Counted from the whole stretch's first letter, positions 25,261 to 37,888 are shown. The stretch: DNA of 60,253 nt, filler included, from Sphacelaria rigidula (GCA_964200075.2; 4 parts of 4 records of this genome joined end to end with filler, not necessarily neighbours in it); one strand, 5' to 3'. Made by a program: numbers and translations. Notes: a model not told the origin generated them from the letters alone.

Positions 25261-25693
25261 CGGAGAGCCTGGGTCCGTTTTTGAGGTTCAACATTTTCAT
25301 GAGTTTCGACTCGAAAACAGTACACTTTCCTAGACCTAAAGTCATGACCAATTAATTTCACATGGACGACCTCATGCTCCCCGACCTCCTTGAAACTATT
25401 TCCGGGGGTTGTCCTTCTTCCGTGTCCCCAAAGTGCATGTGCGAAAGCACCAACTTCGGGCTAACAACGTTCCATTTTTCGCCCCGATATCGAGGCGAAA
25501 AGGCGCTTCCGCACATACGCTTTGGGGGCACCAAAGACGGGCAATCCCCAAAAATAGTTTCAAGGAGGTCGGGGGGCATGAGGTCATCCACGTCAAATTC
25601 ATTGGTCATGACTTTAGGTCAGGGAAAGCACTGTTTTCGAGTTGAAACTCATGAAAATGTTGAACCTCAAAAATAGATCCAGGCTATTCTCGG
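25261..25693. mobile_element. Foldback MITE distantly related to 485-904
   Basis: Long inverted arms; shares cccgacctcc..aaactattt and ccccaaag..atgtgcgaaagcac cores. Confidence 0.82.
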
Positions 25694-25959
25694 GTGTCGG
25701 CTATACTGCTATAAACAGCGTTGTAGGGCGCCGAGTGAGAGTGGCTTTGATCATTCAATTTCACTTGGCCGAACATTCATTCCGTGTGTGCTCTTCTTTG
25801 CCTCTATCACCGGCTTTCAGTGACACGTCGATATCATAGTGAGGGATATTAAGGGCCTCAGTGGCAAGGTACTACAGAGAGTATATTGTGCGTCATGGAG
25901 GTGCATTTCAGAACTGAAATAAATCATCCACATATTGACCACCTTACGCTCTCACTAAA

Positions 25960-26263
25960 GATTCCGCGGATTTGCTTCGAAGTTCAGGTCGGTGCCCGCG
26001 GCATTACCTTTCGCCGTCATCAATTTCCAGTCAGGCTTTGTTATGCCATGACCTTAAACACATCTCACGGTCAAACCTTGAAAAAAGTCGGCCTCCACCT
26101 GCGGGAAGATGTATTTTGTCATGGACAGCTCCATGTTGCTATAAGTAGAACTACATGCAGCGACAACATCCTTTGCCTCGTCAACAAAGATCGCCTTTTG
26201 GATAGTATCTCACGCGTCCACAACGTTGTCTATTCGGAGTTTATTGTCACTGCCACAGGGTAA
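25960..26263 (+). pseudogene. Helitron RepHel C-terminus (PIF1-family helicase motifs V-VI)
   Basis: RRHQFPVRLCYAMTLNTSHGQTLKKVGLHLREDVFCHGQLHVAISR. Confidence 0.93.
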
Positions 26264-26469
26264 CCTCCTCCAGTCTTGTGTATTGAAGTGTCTCGTCACA
26301 GTCATATTAGCAACATAACTGCTTCAAGCGACAATAAAAGTGGTGGTGATAAAGATGGCGGTGACAAATCAACAACAGCGGCGACTGTGACAGCAGCCGT
26401 GGCCGCCACGATGACGACATTCATGATGACGATAATCAGCAACATACACCAGGATCTTGGGAATTAGTC

Positions 26470-26901
26470 AATGAAATTGGGGACGGAGCTTTCTTGCCAC
26501 GATGTATCGCCCGTCATGTCTTCAACAACCCTAGTACGCACACATTAGTGAGAATGCAACTTATCCAACACATGTTCGATCACCTCCATGATCAATTCCC
26601 GAATTCTGGAAGAATAACTCTGCAAGCTTCAATCTCTGCTGGAACCCATTACGAACAAATACGGAGTGCTGGTTGTCCCCACCAAACATACGATAGCTTT
26701 CAGCATTACCTTCAGCTCATGTCGCATCCTTACGCATATGCCGCTCATGTCGAAATTGTCGCTGCCCAACAAGTGTACAACATTAACATCCGTGTTACTC
26801 AAGTTGGTGATCCTTATCTGGGCCCACCATCCGAGAACACATGCGAAGTTGTGTACGGCCACGATCACTGTAATACATTGAAATACAACAGCCTCTCTTG
26901 A
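26470..26901 (+). pseudogene. OTU-like cysteine protease domain within the Helitron
   Basis: GDGAFLPRCIARHVF (like GDGNCLFRAVA), YAAHVEIVAAQQVYNINIRV, VVYGHDHCNTL (like HYxxL); catalytic Cys position reads Phe. Confidence 0.78.
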
Positions 26902-26991
26902 CCAATTTTGTGCGACTTGCGTCACCCCCGGGAGGCCCGTACCAACCTCCCCAAGGGGAACCTTGTATAATATATAATATATGTGGATGTA

Positions 26992-28173
26992 TCACTTCAC
27001 ATTTTTCACCACTTGTGCCGAGTTTTCTCTGGCGGCAAGGCATTTGTTTTCCACGGTTTCTTTTGTAGCGCACAAAGAAGGCTCAGCGGTACATTACCGT
27101 CCAGGTTTGGGCGTCATCTGACATCTGTGGCGCGTGTTATGGCCACCGATGGTCGCTCAAACTGGCGCTTTTTCGCGCGGTGTCGATCCCGAACCATGAG
27201 AGCCTTTTCAAGATAATGGAAAACTTCAAACAAGAACACGAACCACAAAAGCCTCTTGAAGGTCGTGTAAAACTTCAAGCAGCAGGATTACTTTTGGCGG
27301 GGTATTCTCCCCCCGTGTTTCATTTTGTCGCGTTCTCGTTCATTTGGGAGCACAAGCACACCGGTCATGCCACCAATGTCACCAGAACATGAGAGCAAAG
27401 CAGTTGAAAACAATTGATCATTGCCTTGGTCTTAGTCAGCAGCAAATACAAGACCGTAAAATGGACTGTTGGCAAGTTGAACACGGCATACACGTGGGCA
27501 AACGCCCCCATTGTGTGTGTCACCTGTGTAGGATCAGCGCAGGGGGGTGCCCAAACCCCTGTGATCATGCAACCCGTAACAGAGGGATCCTCCACAGAAT
27601 GCACCTGTGAAGTACCGGCGCAGGGATGTCCTCGTGACAGGGATAATAGGGATGTCAGAGAGACATCCCTACGCAGGTACATCACAGGGACATCTCTGCG
27701 GCGGTACTTCACAGGTTATTACCTGTGAGGTAGTCCGCTGCTTCGGTAGGCATATACACAGCAGTGCAAGTGTAAAGTAATTGTGCAGGGATGTCCCTCG
27801 GGGCGCTCAACAAGTATTATCGCACACATAAAGAATACAGTAGTTGGGATCAATACATCTGTGCAGTCTAATCAGTACACAATACAGGGTGTGGTCCCAT
27901 ATGTATACAGTATACTGTATACTACAGAGAGTATATTGCGTTCCCATGTCTGACACCTCGGGTATACCATATATGTCCTACGCCGGCGGTTCCGCCGTCG
28001 GCCTCCATTCAAATTCTCATATTTCCGAACGACATTCGATCACACGTGCGATGTTTTGTACAGCCACGACCGCTGCTGTACATTGAGATACAACACTAGC
28101 TTCTCTTAACCAAATATTTTCGACTTGCGTCACCCCCGGGAGGCCCGTACCAACCTCCCGGAGGGGAACCTTG
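26992..28173 (+). mobile_element. Complete 1.2-kb non-autonomous Helitron
   Basis: A|TC 5' end, 3' hairpin CCGGGAGG-N10-CCTCCCGG 12 nt before CTTG|T; no TSD. Confidence 0.82.
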
Positions 28174-30020
28174 TATGATGTATAATATATAATATAGAAG
28201 ATATGATATAGAATATATGATCATATAATATATAAGTATCTCTACTGTTCACGGCAGCTGACCGCATCCGCCAACGCTTCGGCAATAAAGCAGGGGACAC
28301 ACGGCTGGGTGTCCCCCCCCCAAAAAACAAAAACTCAACTTTTTCGATATTGGGGCCTATGTGTCCAGAATTGCTTTTTTTGCTGCCCCCTGACTATTGT
28401 GCATACTGTGGTGGGTGTTCGGAAATAGGCTAGTCTTCTCGAACTGATCCCAACGCACATAAACGTCGACAGGTGGCTGTGGACTGGGAGGTGATATCGG
28501 CCAAGAAGGAGAAGGAGAAGGAGGATGAACACGCGAGGGGGGGAGGATCGCAGGCATCACGAAAATGATGATATCTTGGCCACATAGTTATATCCTGGCT
28601 CGCATACTTTTCACTTGTTGCAGTTTGCAAACAGCCTTGCTTCATGTAGGAGATGAGCTCATACATGCAGGGGGGAACTGCGGAGAAAGGGCTGTCTGTA
28701 GGTCGCATCTCGTCTCTCTGTAGGTGTCAATATACGTTTCTCCCCGGGCCAATTGAGGCACTTGAACCATGCTAAGAAGACGGCACGATTGATAGATTGA
28801 CACGCCATTCCCAGGTGTATACGTGGGAAGGGGTCGACTTGTCAGTGTTCGCCAAATCAACACGCGATAGTGGTAAAGGGCAAGCGCGACGCGCGGTGGC
28901 TAGGTTGAGCACAACTCAGCCGTCCGATCAGGGGTGTGTTCCATGTTGCGCAGCCGCAACAAGACTACATATGATTGCGAGGGGCTGGATGACAAGGCAC
29001 AAGCTGGAATGCGCATGTAGAGCACGGATCACACTGCATATATCGCAGAGATCTTGTCGCCAAGGGCAAAGGGAATCTGATGTATACGCAAGAGGTTCGA
29101 TGGCTTTCGCCGTTACGCTCAATAGATAGACAACCAAGATACACGAGCACCGGTGATAGTTATTCCGTGGCCCGTGGCGAAGGATATATAGTTTAATCTT
29201 TTGCATTATTGGAGAGTGCCTTGACGGAGTCGATCCTATGATAGAGGGATCAGATGTAGAGTGAGGGCAAGCGGCGACGCTGGTGCCCGGAGCATTGAAT
29301 GGCAGTCACACACACTCCATCACCAGTACCCGTGCATCAGCATAAATCTATCAAAACATGTGCATGTTCACTCGGTGTACCCGTTCACATGAACCCCCAT
29401 GCACCCAAAGTTACTGGTATCCACTTTGTTTAGCCACACGTGGCGCATATGCCGCGCTAACTCTGCAGTATATTGTACAGCACGTATATAAGCACGATAT
29501 GGTACTGTTCAGTACAGCATCAAACCATGCTTTTTGTTGTGATGATCATATATATCACCATCAACGTACAGGATAAACCACGATCATAATTTTTCGCGTG
29601 TTCACTCGAACAAATGCTCCCCTTCGGTGTCCGAATGGTAAACACCGGACCACGCGGTTTTCAAGCTTGTATGTTTGCATATATGAGGTTCTTACTGTTT
29701 GAACATAATAACCACAAGCTATAGCTACTTAGCATGGCTGTGTGTACATACATTCGCAATCGGTGTATGGGATTTGAAACCAGTCGAAGCTGTTGAAGAG
29801 TTCGATCCGGTTGCCCAAGATATGAAATGAGGTGCAAGAGGATGAGTTCTCAACGACTTCCGCTGTCTCTCGACTCTCATCCACCGATACCGTGTCGTAT
29901 GTGGGACTTGAACAGCAGAAAAAAAGCCGCTCGCAAATAAGAGTCTGTTTTTGCCCAATTCAAGCAAGGTATTGGTGGGCAAAATGAGGATTTATTTCGA
30001 ACAGTTTCTGGTGTACAAAT

Positions 30021-30078
30021 GAGTCATCCTACGATAGGGGGGGGGGTATTTGGTTGCACGAAAAAAGAGGCTCATAAG
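30021..30078. mobile_element. Terminus of a second Sola-like MITE copy (runs into a gap)
   Basis: GAGTCATCCTACGATAGGGGGGGGGGTATTTGG as at 2041. Confidence 0.8.
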
Positions 30079-30399
30079 NNNNNNNNNNNNNNNNNNNNNN
30101 NNNNNNNNNNNNNNNNNNNNNNTTAATTAATTAANNNNNNNNNNNNNNNNNNNNNNNNNNNNNNNNNNNNNNNNNNNNATCTCTCTCAAAAAAAAAAGTT
30201 GGAAATATCGAGCAAAGACCCAGGATGGAGCAATGTCAAAAGCTACCAGGAAGCAGAGTCGCCTGATGCTTCCCGAGTGGACGGGTTCCACGCCCTTTGG
30301 CATCTGCACCACCCACCCAAGGGATCAAGTGTGCTATCCCGCCCGAGCACACCATGTCCCTCTGTCGCGCAGTGATGTTCCGAACTTGTTTCCTCATAG

Positions 30400-31566
30400 G
30401 TTTTGCATTCGGAGAGGATATTGACGACGCTCAGCATAACGGACAAGTATTCGACGACGGTGAACGCTTCGAAAGAACTGATGAGACGAAGACTGCGGAG
30501 AGTCTTCAATAAGTGAAGAGCTCCAGCAAGTGACCCAGACGAGCGAGTCGATGACATTGAGCAAGCGAAGCAGAGAAAAGCATGAACATTGTACGAAGGA
30601 AAGCTGGAGACCGTTTTGTGGTGCATTACAGGAGCGAGCAGCGCTTTGTATTTGTATTTTATTTTTATATATAGTAATGAACAGTAGTTCAGTACTGTTT
30701 CTTTCTTTTTATTGGAACAGCTGTTCAGTACATACTTTTTTCTACTCTCTTCGGGTCTGTTTTCACTCGTGTTTTTCCGTTGATTATAATCTCGGTTGTA
30801 TACTACGTATCGTTCCCGGCTTTATTCTCACCTTACAACGTTTGATCTTGATTTTTTTCGGGGGGGGGCGCCTGTAATGCGTGAGAGGACCGCGTGCTTA
30901 GAGGGCCGCATCTGAATTCGAATATCCGTATGGTTGGGGATAGGGTTAGGGTTAGTGTTGGGGTTAGGGTCAGGGGCGTGGTACCTGCAGGGACTGGCCC
31001 GATTGGTGTAAAAATATGTCGATCCTGGGGCGTTTAGGACTACGCCGCGGTCCCCTAAGCACGCGATCCTCTCACGCATTACAGCGCCTTCGCGATTTGT
31101 TTACCTCGTTATTTCGGAGCTGAACTTCCTCCTCAGGGTTTCCTCCTCAGAGCCTCATCCTCTTTTTCTCTGTCCGGTCATTTCTAGTCTGGATTCCATT
31201 TGTTCTTTCCTATCCCGTTCTGGTTTCTTCTGATTTCGTAGGACCTGATCCTTTTTCTCGTGTCAGTCCTATGTTTTTGACTGTTTTCGTGTTTCATGAG
31301 CTGTTTTTTTCGTGTTACTGACGTGATGGGTCCTTTCTAGTTTTCTTTCATGTTTCAGTTGCCTTTCTCCCTTCTCTTTTTGCTGTGGACCTGGTTCGTT
31401 CCTCCAGCACTATTTTTCGGTTTCCCATTCCCTTTACATCTTTTCGCGGAGTTGATCTAGGCCCGCCCTTTGTTTTTTTCCCAGTATTACATTCCATGGA
31501 GATTATTGATTTCTTGGTTTTGTCAGACCTGATTCCACCCTCTATTTCACGTACCCGGTTCGTTCA
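30400..31566. repeat. Dispersed about 950-bp repeat, copy 1 (unclassified, probably TE-derived)
   Basis: High identity direct repeat of 36945-37888. Confidence 0.9.
30872..31084. mobile_element. 213-bp MITE with internal telomere-like repeats
   Basis: TIR CTGTAATGCGTGAGAGGA / TCCTCTCACGCATTACAG; 3-bp TSD CGC; empty site in the paralog at about 37421. Confidence 0.9.
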
Positions 31567-33714
31567 TCACGTTTCTTCGTCCTCGAAGAAAGTTGATCCG
31601 ATTTTAGGGTGCCCCACCCCTTTCGAGTAGAGCATATATATCATATCGTGGAGTGAGCATGGTACGAAAAGGGTGGGCACCGAGTACCTGCTTGGACACT
31701 GGACCATGACGCAACTGTTGATCTAAGATATAGGAGTCCCCCTTGTGTCCAGTAGGTCAGTTGCTGCTGGTCGATGAGATAAAAGCCTACGCACTCCCAT
31801 CAGCCAGTAAGCGCTTCCTTGGGGATTTTTTAGTGGGTCAGCTCTTTTTGCGAGTCCTACACTACCCGGGATTGTAAATTAATCAAGGGTGCCTAAGCGC
31901 CGTTACCATCGGAAAATAGTCACCGACTATTCTCCATGGTTTCTGTTCCCAGTGTAACTGGGATCCCGGGACGACATAGCACATGCGAAAGCACTCGCTA
32001 TGATCCGAAAGGGCGTGAGAGATTTTTTGCCCAAGCGATGAGGCTTTTCCCTGAAAACCAGGTTTTGCCCATCCTTCCAATTTTATGACGAGTTTTTCCC
32101 ACGGTTAATCTTAGCCCCGAAATTCTGCGGTTTTCTCGTCGCTACCGTGATCTTAGGCTGATGGCATACAAAGTAGAGGAAATTCCCCCGGAGTGCATTG
32201 GGCTGTGACTTTCCTTACCTTCCATTAGCAGCGTGCACGAAGCAAGGGAGGGGAATGTTACGGCGGATATCGATGTATGTGTACTAGGCGTTTTGCAGTA
32301 CGCGTGGCAAGTGCAGTAGGTCTTATCCCATTCGCATGCTGGTGTTGTATTCCAATTGGGCGTCCTTGACCGGAGCCCACCGCCCACACAACTCCAGCAC
32401 CCAGCAACTCTCGTTTAGCTACCTAGCTAAGACTAATCAATAACAGCTATCAGCCACCACTTGGAGACATCTCGCTTGCAAGTAAGTCAAGAGTACCTCT
32501 TCTGCACGTGAAAGTGAGTCCCTGCTTGGGCTTGCGATGCAGTGATTGTCGGACTCGATGGTCTGTTACTCACGAGCTCAAGGGTCATTCCTCTCGACTG
32601 CGATTGTTCAATGTGGCCAGCCGCTGACCTCGTGTCACCCCGGGCCGGGCGTGTGCCTTGAGAGTGACGCCAGTATCACCTCGTGATCAGACCACGACAT
32701 GGTGACCAATCGAGAATGTAAGCAGTACTGCATAGTCGCATCGCTGTAGAGCTGCACTGTTTCGCGTTGTGTTTGCATACGGTGTACAGTAGTGCATCAA
32801 TCGTGCTTTCTGGTCAGCTTTCTGGTCAGCGTGGGGTCTTCTGAGCAACGATCACATGTTTAGGTGCCAGAATCTTACATGCCTACTGGTTACTCGGAGA
32901 GGTCATCAGCTGGGCAGAACGGAGCTGGGACACCTGGCTGCAGCGTATGCTTGCCACCTTCCGTGCTGACACGACAGCACAGGTACGTCCTGTGATTCAT
33001 CATTTCACGTGCACCTGCTTCCGTGTACGAGGACTGTTTTTTCACAATTTCAAAATTCAAAATTCAAACAGTCCAGGTCGGGATCTTACAGTACCGCACG
33101 TTCGATCAATGTGTCCCATACAGTACCCACAGCGGGCACGCAGTGTACGAAGTGCTCCGTAGGCAGGAGGTAAGTGCTGTTGATCCACTCCTAGAGAGTG
33201 AAGTGTCCCGAGACTGAAACCGGCGAACATGCGTGCGCAAAGTACACATGGGCGGCGGTTGTTGGGGCTGTGCACCTGGAGGAATTGCGACACGGTAACC
33301 CACGTTCATCATTCAGGTGTGTACTGTGACGGAAAACAGCTCCGGTTAGATCTGGTGCCCAGATACCTACCATGTTAGCCAGGTACGTGATCGCATGGTG
33401 TTTGCACTGTACTGTGTGCTGTGACAGCGTGTTTGCACTGTGCAACTTCGTACCTAACAAGACTGCTAGAGCAGTTGTTCGATCATTCTATGTGAGTCCG
33501 AATGAATTTCTGACCAACATACGGGGCTTCTATGCTGGAGTCATCCTGGCGGCGAAACATATTCAACGCCCGGCAAATGACGAATGGCCCCTAGTATGAT
33601 TGATTGATATGCGACATTGTGAAAAGTCATTGCGCGGGTCAAGTCGTATGGATTCGCTTCCGCTCCACGCCACAACATGTCGCCACTGTATTGTCATTGT
33701 GTCGCCACTACATT

Positions 33715-33862
33715 GGATGATCACAACAACACTACATGGGACCATCACTAAACTACATGGGACCATCACTACACTACCTGGGACCATCACTACTCTACAT
33801 GGGACCATCACTACACTACCTGGGATCATCACTACACATCAGAGGACCGTCACTACATGGGT
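33715..33862. repeat. 21-bp minisatellite (GGGACCATCACTACACTACAT, about 6-7 units)
   Basis: Direct tandem units with no spacers. Confidence 0.92.
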
Positions 33863-34849
33863 TCCTTCACGCCAGGAAATCGGGAGCAACCAGTGCCGTT
33901 GATCGGCAGCAGTAGACACGCCGATTGTAAAAGTTATTGTATGCGTGGCTCACGCCTTGACCATTTTGTTTTATTCACCCTGCTTCTACTGTAGCGTTGC
34001 GTTTGACTCTTCCCTTAACAATTGACCCATACTTTATTCTATTTTGTTCTATTCTATTCTATTCTATTTTTATCTACTTTTACGTCTTTATTTATTTTTG
34101 AAGTTTCGGAATTGCATACGAACATCGGCAGAGCGCGCACTAATACTACACCCCCCATCCGCCCCTGCCGCTTTTGCTGTTCGATTTTGCCCGCTCCTGT
34201 CGCCCTGAATGTGCCTGCGCAATGCCGCGAGTCATCCCATGGTCGTTGGTATCGCATCATACCACGTTTATATTCTCTCCCGCTGGTATTTTTTGCTGTT
34301 GGAGTTTTTCTCTGTCGCTATTAACTGTGTTATACTAGTGATTCCTTTCCCTCATCGTCTGCATTTAGCAATCATAGCCCACGGTGCACTATTATTGTCA
34401 TTTTCTCCTTTCACCGACTCAATCATTTATTTTCTTCCCCTTTTTGCCCTCCTATCTGCCGTATGTTACCCCTTGATTTTCCGCCGTTTGTCTCCTCTCT
34501 TTCTACTATTTCAGTTATATTCTCTACTTCCCGTGGCAATTTTACTCTACAGCCATCTTCGCCGTGTGTTTTTTCTACCTTCATGTTGCAAGCGTACAGC
34601 CCCGCCCATCCATGGTGTTCTTTTTGCAAATGTTTTGCTAGAGCCTTTGCCTGACGCACGAAAGTACACCCCAGGCACACTTGTCTTGAGAAACCTGCGA
34701 TGGCAAACTCCAGGGACGACCACTAAGCGCAACGAAAGCCAACTCGGGATAACGGGTGACATAGGGCATCGACAGCGCATCCATCAATCGTAGCCAATGG
34801 CGGTTTGTTAGACATCTAAGAAGATGGTGTAACCATATATCGGGAAGGT

Positions 34850-36290
34850 TGTAGCGTAAGGTTAACAAGTGGGTGAATCGGAGAAACGGGAGCTGGTGGG
34901 CGTCCTGCTGGGCTCTGGACACTGGGCTGTTCTCCACGGACCCGAAGCAGGTTCTGGTCATCAACAACGGTAAGCCACAAGTGCCCCCTTGAGTACTGTA
35001 CTCCATTCGCAGAAAATCAACGCCACCTTTTTTGTCGAGTAGAGTCACGTAGCTCCCCAAGTGGTAGACCCGAGACCGTCCGAACAGCACCGATCAAGGT
35101 TCCGTAACAAGTGTGAGTACTGGTCATTCCGCACAGTTAGCGAAGGAACGAAGATAGGCGAAGTGCTCTCCGCAGGGGGGGACACTCCTACTTCACCCGA
35201 CAGACCTCGAACTGGACACTGACCAACGCATCCAATCTGATCGCCAGCAAGGAGACCCTTTGGGAGAACAGGTGCAATCGAATCTGAGGGGGGGTGTACT
35301 CACTTGTTGCCTGCGTTGGTCGTTTGACCACTGACCACGCATCCCTTTCGAGACGGAGCACCGCTCCTACTCGTAATAGAGACACCTTCAACATTCCGGC
35401 GCGCAATACGCTTCTTCCATAGCCCATCACGTTTATCCCATACTCTGCGCAAAACATTTTACGTAGCTAATACATCAGACGATTTCATGCCTCCTTCATT
35501 CACGTCCCGCATTTCTCCCGCTCGCACGTGTTGCTCGTCCTTGTACAGTTCACATTGCGCCACTTTATGACTTCTGCTCTCGATAGCTTTGCCACAGAGA
35601 TGGTTTTGTCTATCAACTTCCTCTTTCCGATTACTGGTATACCTTCTTCTTTTTTTCTCTTCCCCTTTTTCTCAGAGCGTGTTTCAGTTTCGTTATTCGT
35701 GGGTACGTCTATCATGAGATCACGGCTGGATCCCTGGGGGGTCAGTTGGAGTGCGACAATCAACCAATCAATCAATCAATCTTCCCGGCAGGTCCGTGCA
35801 TCCAAATATCTGCTTGGCTGCTGCTCTCTGTACTGTTTCTAGCTTGCGTCACCAATTTAACGTCCCACTTCCATACTTCTCCTGCATATTCCAGCTGTGG
35901 TACGATCAAGTTCGTCAGGATACATATCTCAATTCTGGTGTCTGGGTGCGGATCTCTGAGGATCACGTTCATCCTTCCTATCTGTGCTTTACCTTTTATA
36001 CTACCTTGTTAATTTGTGCATCCCAAGAACAGTGTTTTGAGATCTTTGAGCCAAGGTATGTATATTGGTCTGGAATCGACAGTTCCCCTCCTCCCCACTT
36101 CCACTTGAACTTCAGTGGATTTTTCTCATCCTCATTACAGACGAGTATCGCGCGTATTTTCACATTCGTCTCACTCTCATTCGCTGTTTGCTGTCACTCT
36201 CCAGTGCCTACAGTAGTGTATTCTTGCGTCTTGTCTATCTGTTTTTGCAATCATTCCACTGTTTCTGAAATCCCCACAAAACCGTTGGAC
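34850..36290 (-). mobile_element. Degenerate LINE ORF2 3' region
   Basis: LIVPQLEYAGEVW post-RT motif; C-terminal CPPCGE Zn-finger-like remnant near 35170; interrupted by a plus-strand tail at 35640-35781. Confidence 0.65.
35660..35781 (+). mobile_element. LINE/SINE 3' end fragment with (ATCA)n tail
   Basis: Matches 10230-10350. Confidence 0.78.
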
Positions 36291-36944
36291 CTGGGGGGAA
36301 AACAACGGCCGAAACGGTAGGTGAGAGGCGATTTGAGTACGAAATAAAAGCGATACCTGGGAGTCGATGCGGAGGAGCTGCCGGCGGTTCCAAAATAATA
36401 ATGAGCACTCCAAAATTTAGCAGTAGGCGCCTCCCTTTCCACGATACGTGACCGCTCCCTTTCGTGAACAAGCACGAAAGATCTTAGGCAAGATGTGCTG
36501 TCATGCCGTTGCAGGAGGCCCAAGAGGTCAAGCAGTCGTCAAACGGCCATCAGGTAGGGGCGTGTGGTAGACCCATGGGACGAGGTGATCGACTTGCCAA
36601 CAATTCAGGTAATGTTGGACTCAAGTACACATACATCTGCAGGCTCAAATACACACACATCTGCAGGCACTTGACCTCGCATCTCGATCCCCAGTTGATT
36701 TTCCACAGCCATCAAAACAAGTCAACGGGGTAGTCAGTGCCCCTGCAGAATGTGCCTAACTTGCTGTGCCCCTCAAAAAATTCGCGGAATAGGCGAAGAG
36801 TTTAGGGTGGAGGTAGTCACCCATTCGGGCAGGTGACTGAAAGAAGGCATCCTTTCCGAAGCGTCAGATCTCCCACGCGGTAAGAACGCAGTCGTGAGAC
36901 CAGGAGACGTAGTGCTGGATATGTTGTCAAGAGCTTTGCAAGTC

Positions 36945-37888
36945 AGGTTTCGCATTCCGAGAGGAGTTTGACGGAGCTCAGCAAAAAGGAGAAGTGTTCG
37001 ACGACGGTGAACGCTTCGGAAGAGTGATGAGACGACGAAGACTGCGCGGAGTCTTGAAGTGAAAAAGCTCCAGCATTGCTGCAAGTGATCCAGACGAGCG
37101 AGTCGATGGCATTGAGCGAGCAAAGCAGAGAAAAGCATTAACATTGTACGAAGGAAAGCCGGAGACCGTTTTGTGGTGCATTGCAGGAGCAAGCAGCGCT
37201 TTGTATTTGTGTATTTCATTTTTATATAGTAATGAGCAGTAGTTCAGTACTGTTTTTTTTTATTGGAACAGCTGTTCAGTACTTACTTTTTTCTACTCTC
37301 TTCGGGTCTGTTTTCACTCGTGTTTTCCCGTTGATGATGAGCTCGGTTATATACTAGGTATCGTTCCCGGCTTTATTTTCTCACCTTCCAACGTTTGACC
37401 GTGATTTTTTTCGGGGGGGAGCGCCTTCTCGATTTGTTTGCCTCGTTTTTTCGGAGCAGACTTCCTCCTCAGGGCCTCATCCTTTTTTTCTCTGTCTGGT
37501 TATTTCTAGTCTGGATTCCATTTGCTCTTCCCTACCCCGTTATGGTTTCTTTTGATTTCGTAGGACCTGATCCTTTTTCTCGTGTCAGTCCTATGTTTTT
37601 GACTGTTTTCATGTTTCATGGGCTGTTTTTTTCGTGTTACTGGCGTGATGGGTCCTTTCTAGTTTTCTTTCATGTTTCAGATGCCTTTCTCCCTTCTCTT
37701 TTTGCTGTGGACCTGGTTCGTTCCTTCAGCACTATTTTTCGGTTTCCCATTGCCTCTACGTCTTTTCGCGGAGTTGATCTAGGCCCGCCCTTTGTTTTTT
37801 TTTCAGGTATTGCATTCCATGAAGATTATTGATATCTTGGTTTTGTCAGACCTGATTCCACCCTTTGTTTCACGTACCCGGTTCGTTT
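36945..37888. repeat. Dispersed about 950-bp repeat, copy 2
   Basis: Direct repeat of 30400-31566 lacking the MITE. Confidence 0.9.

Larger units (their letters stand above)
25960..26965 (+). mobile_element. 3' portion of a formerly autonomous Helitron
   Basis: Helicase plus OTU followed by the 3' hairpin and AACCTTG|T terminus. Confidence 0.85.

Noticed and set aside
33715..33862. Regular repeats as a CRISPR-like array or repeat protein (TITTLHG)n
   Set aside because: Contiguous 21-bp units with no unique spacers, no cas genes and no gene structure
34022..34793. Hydrophobic ORFs as membrane proteins (also 37395-37832 and 58573-59309)
   Set aside because: They arise from pyrimidine-rich UTR or repeat sequence; no recognisable domain
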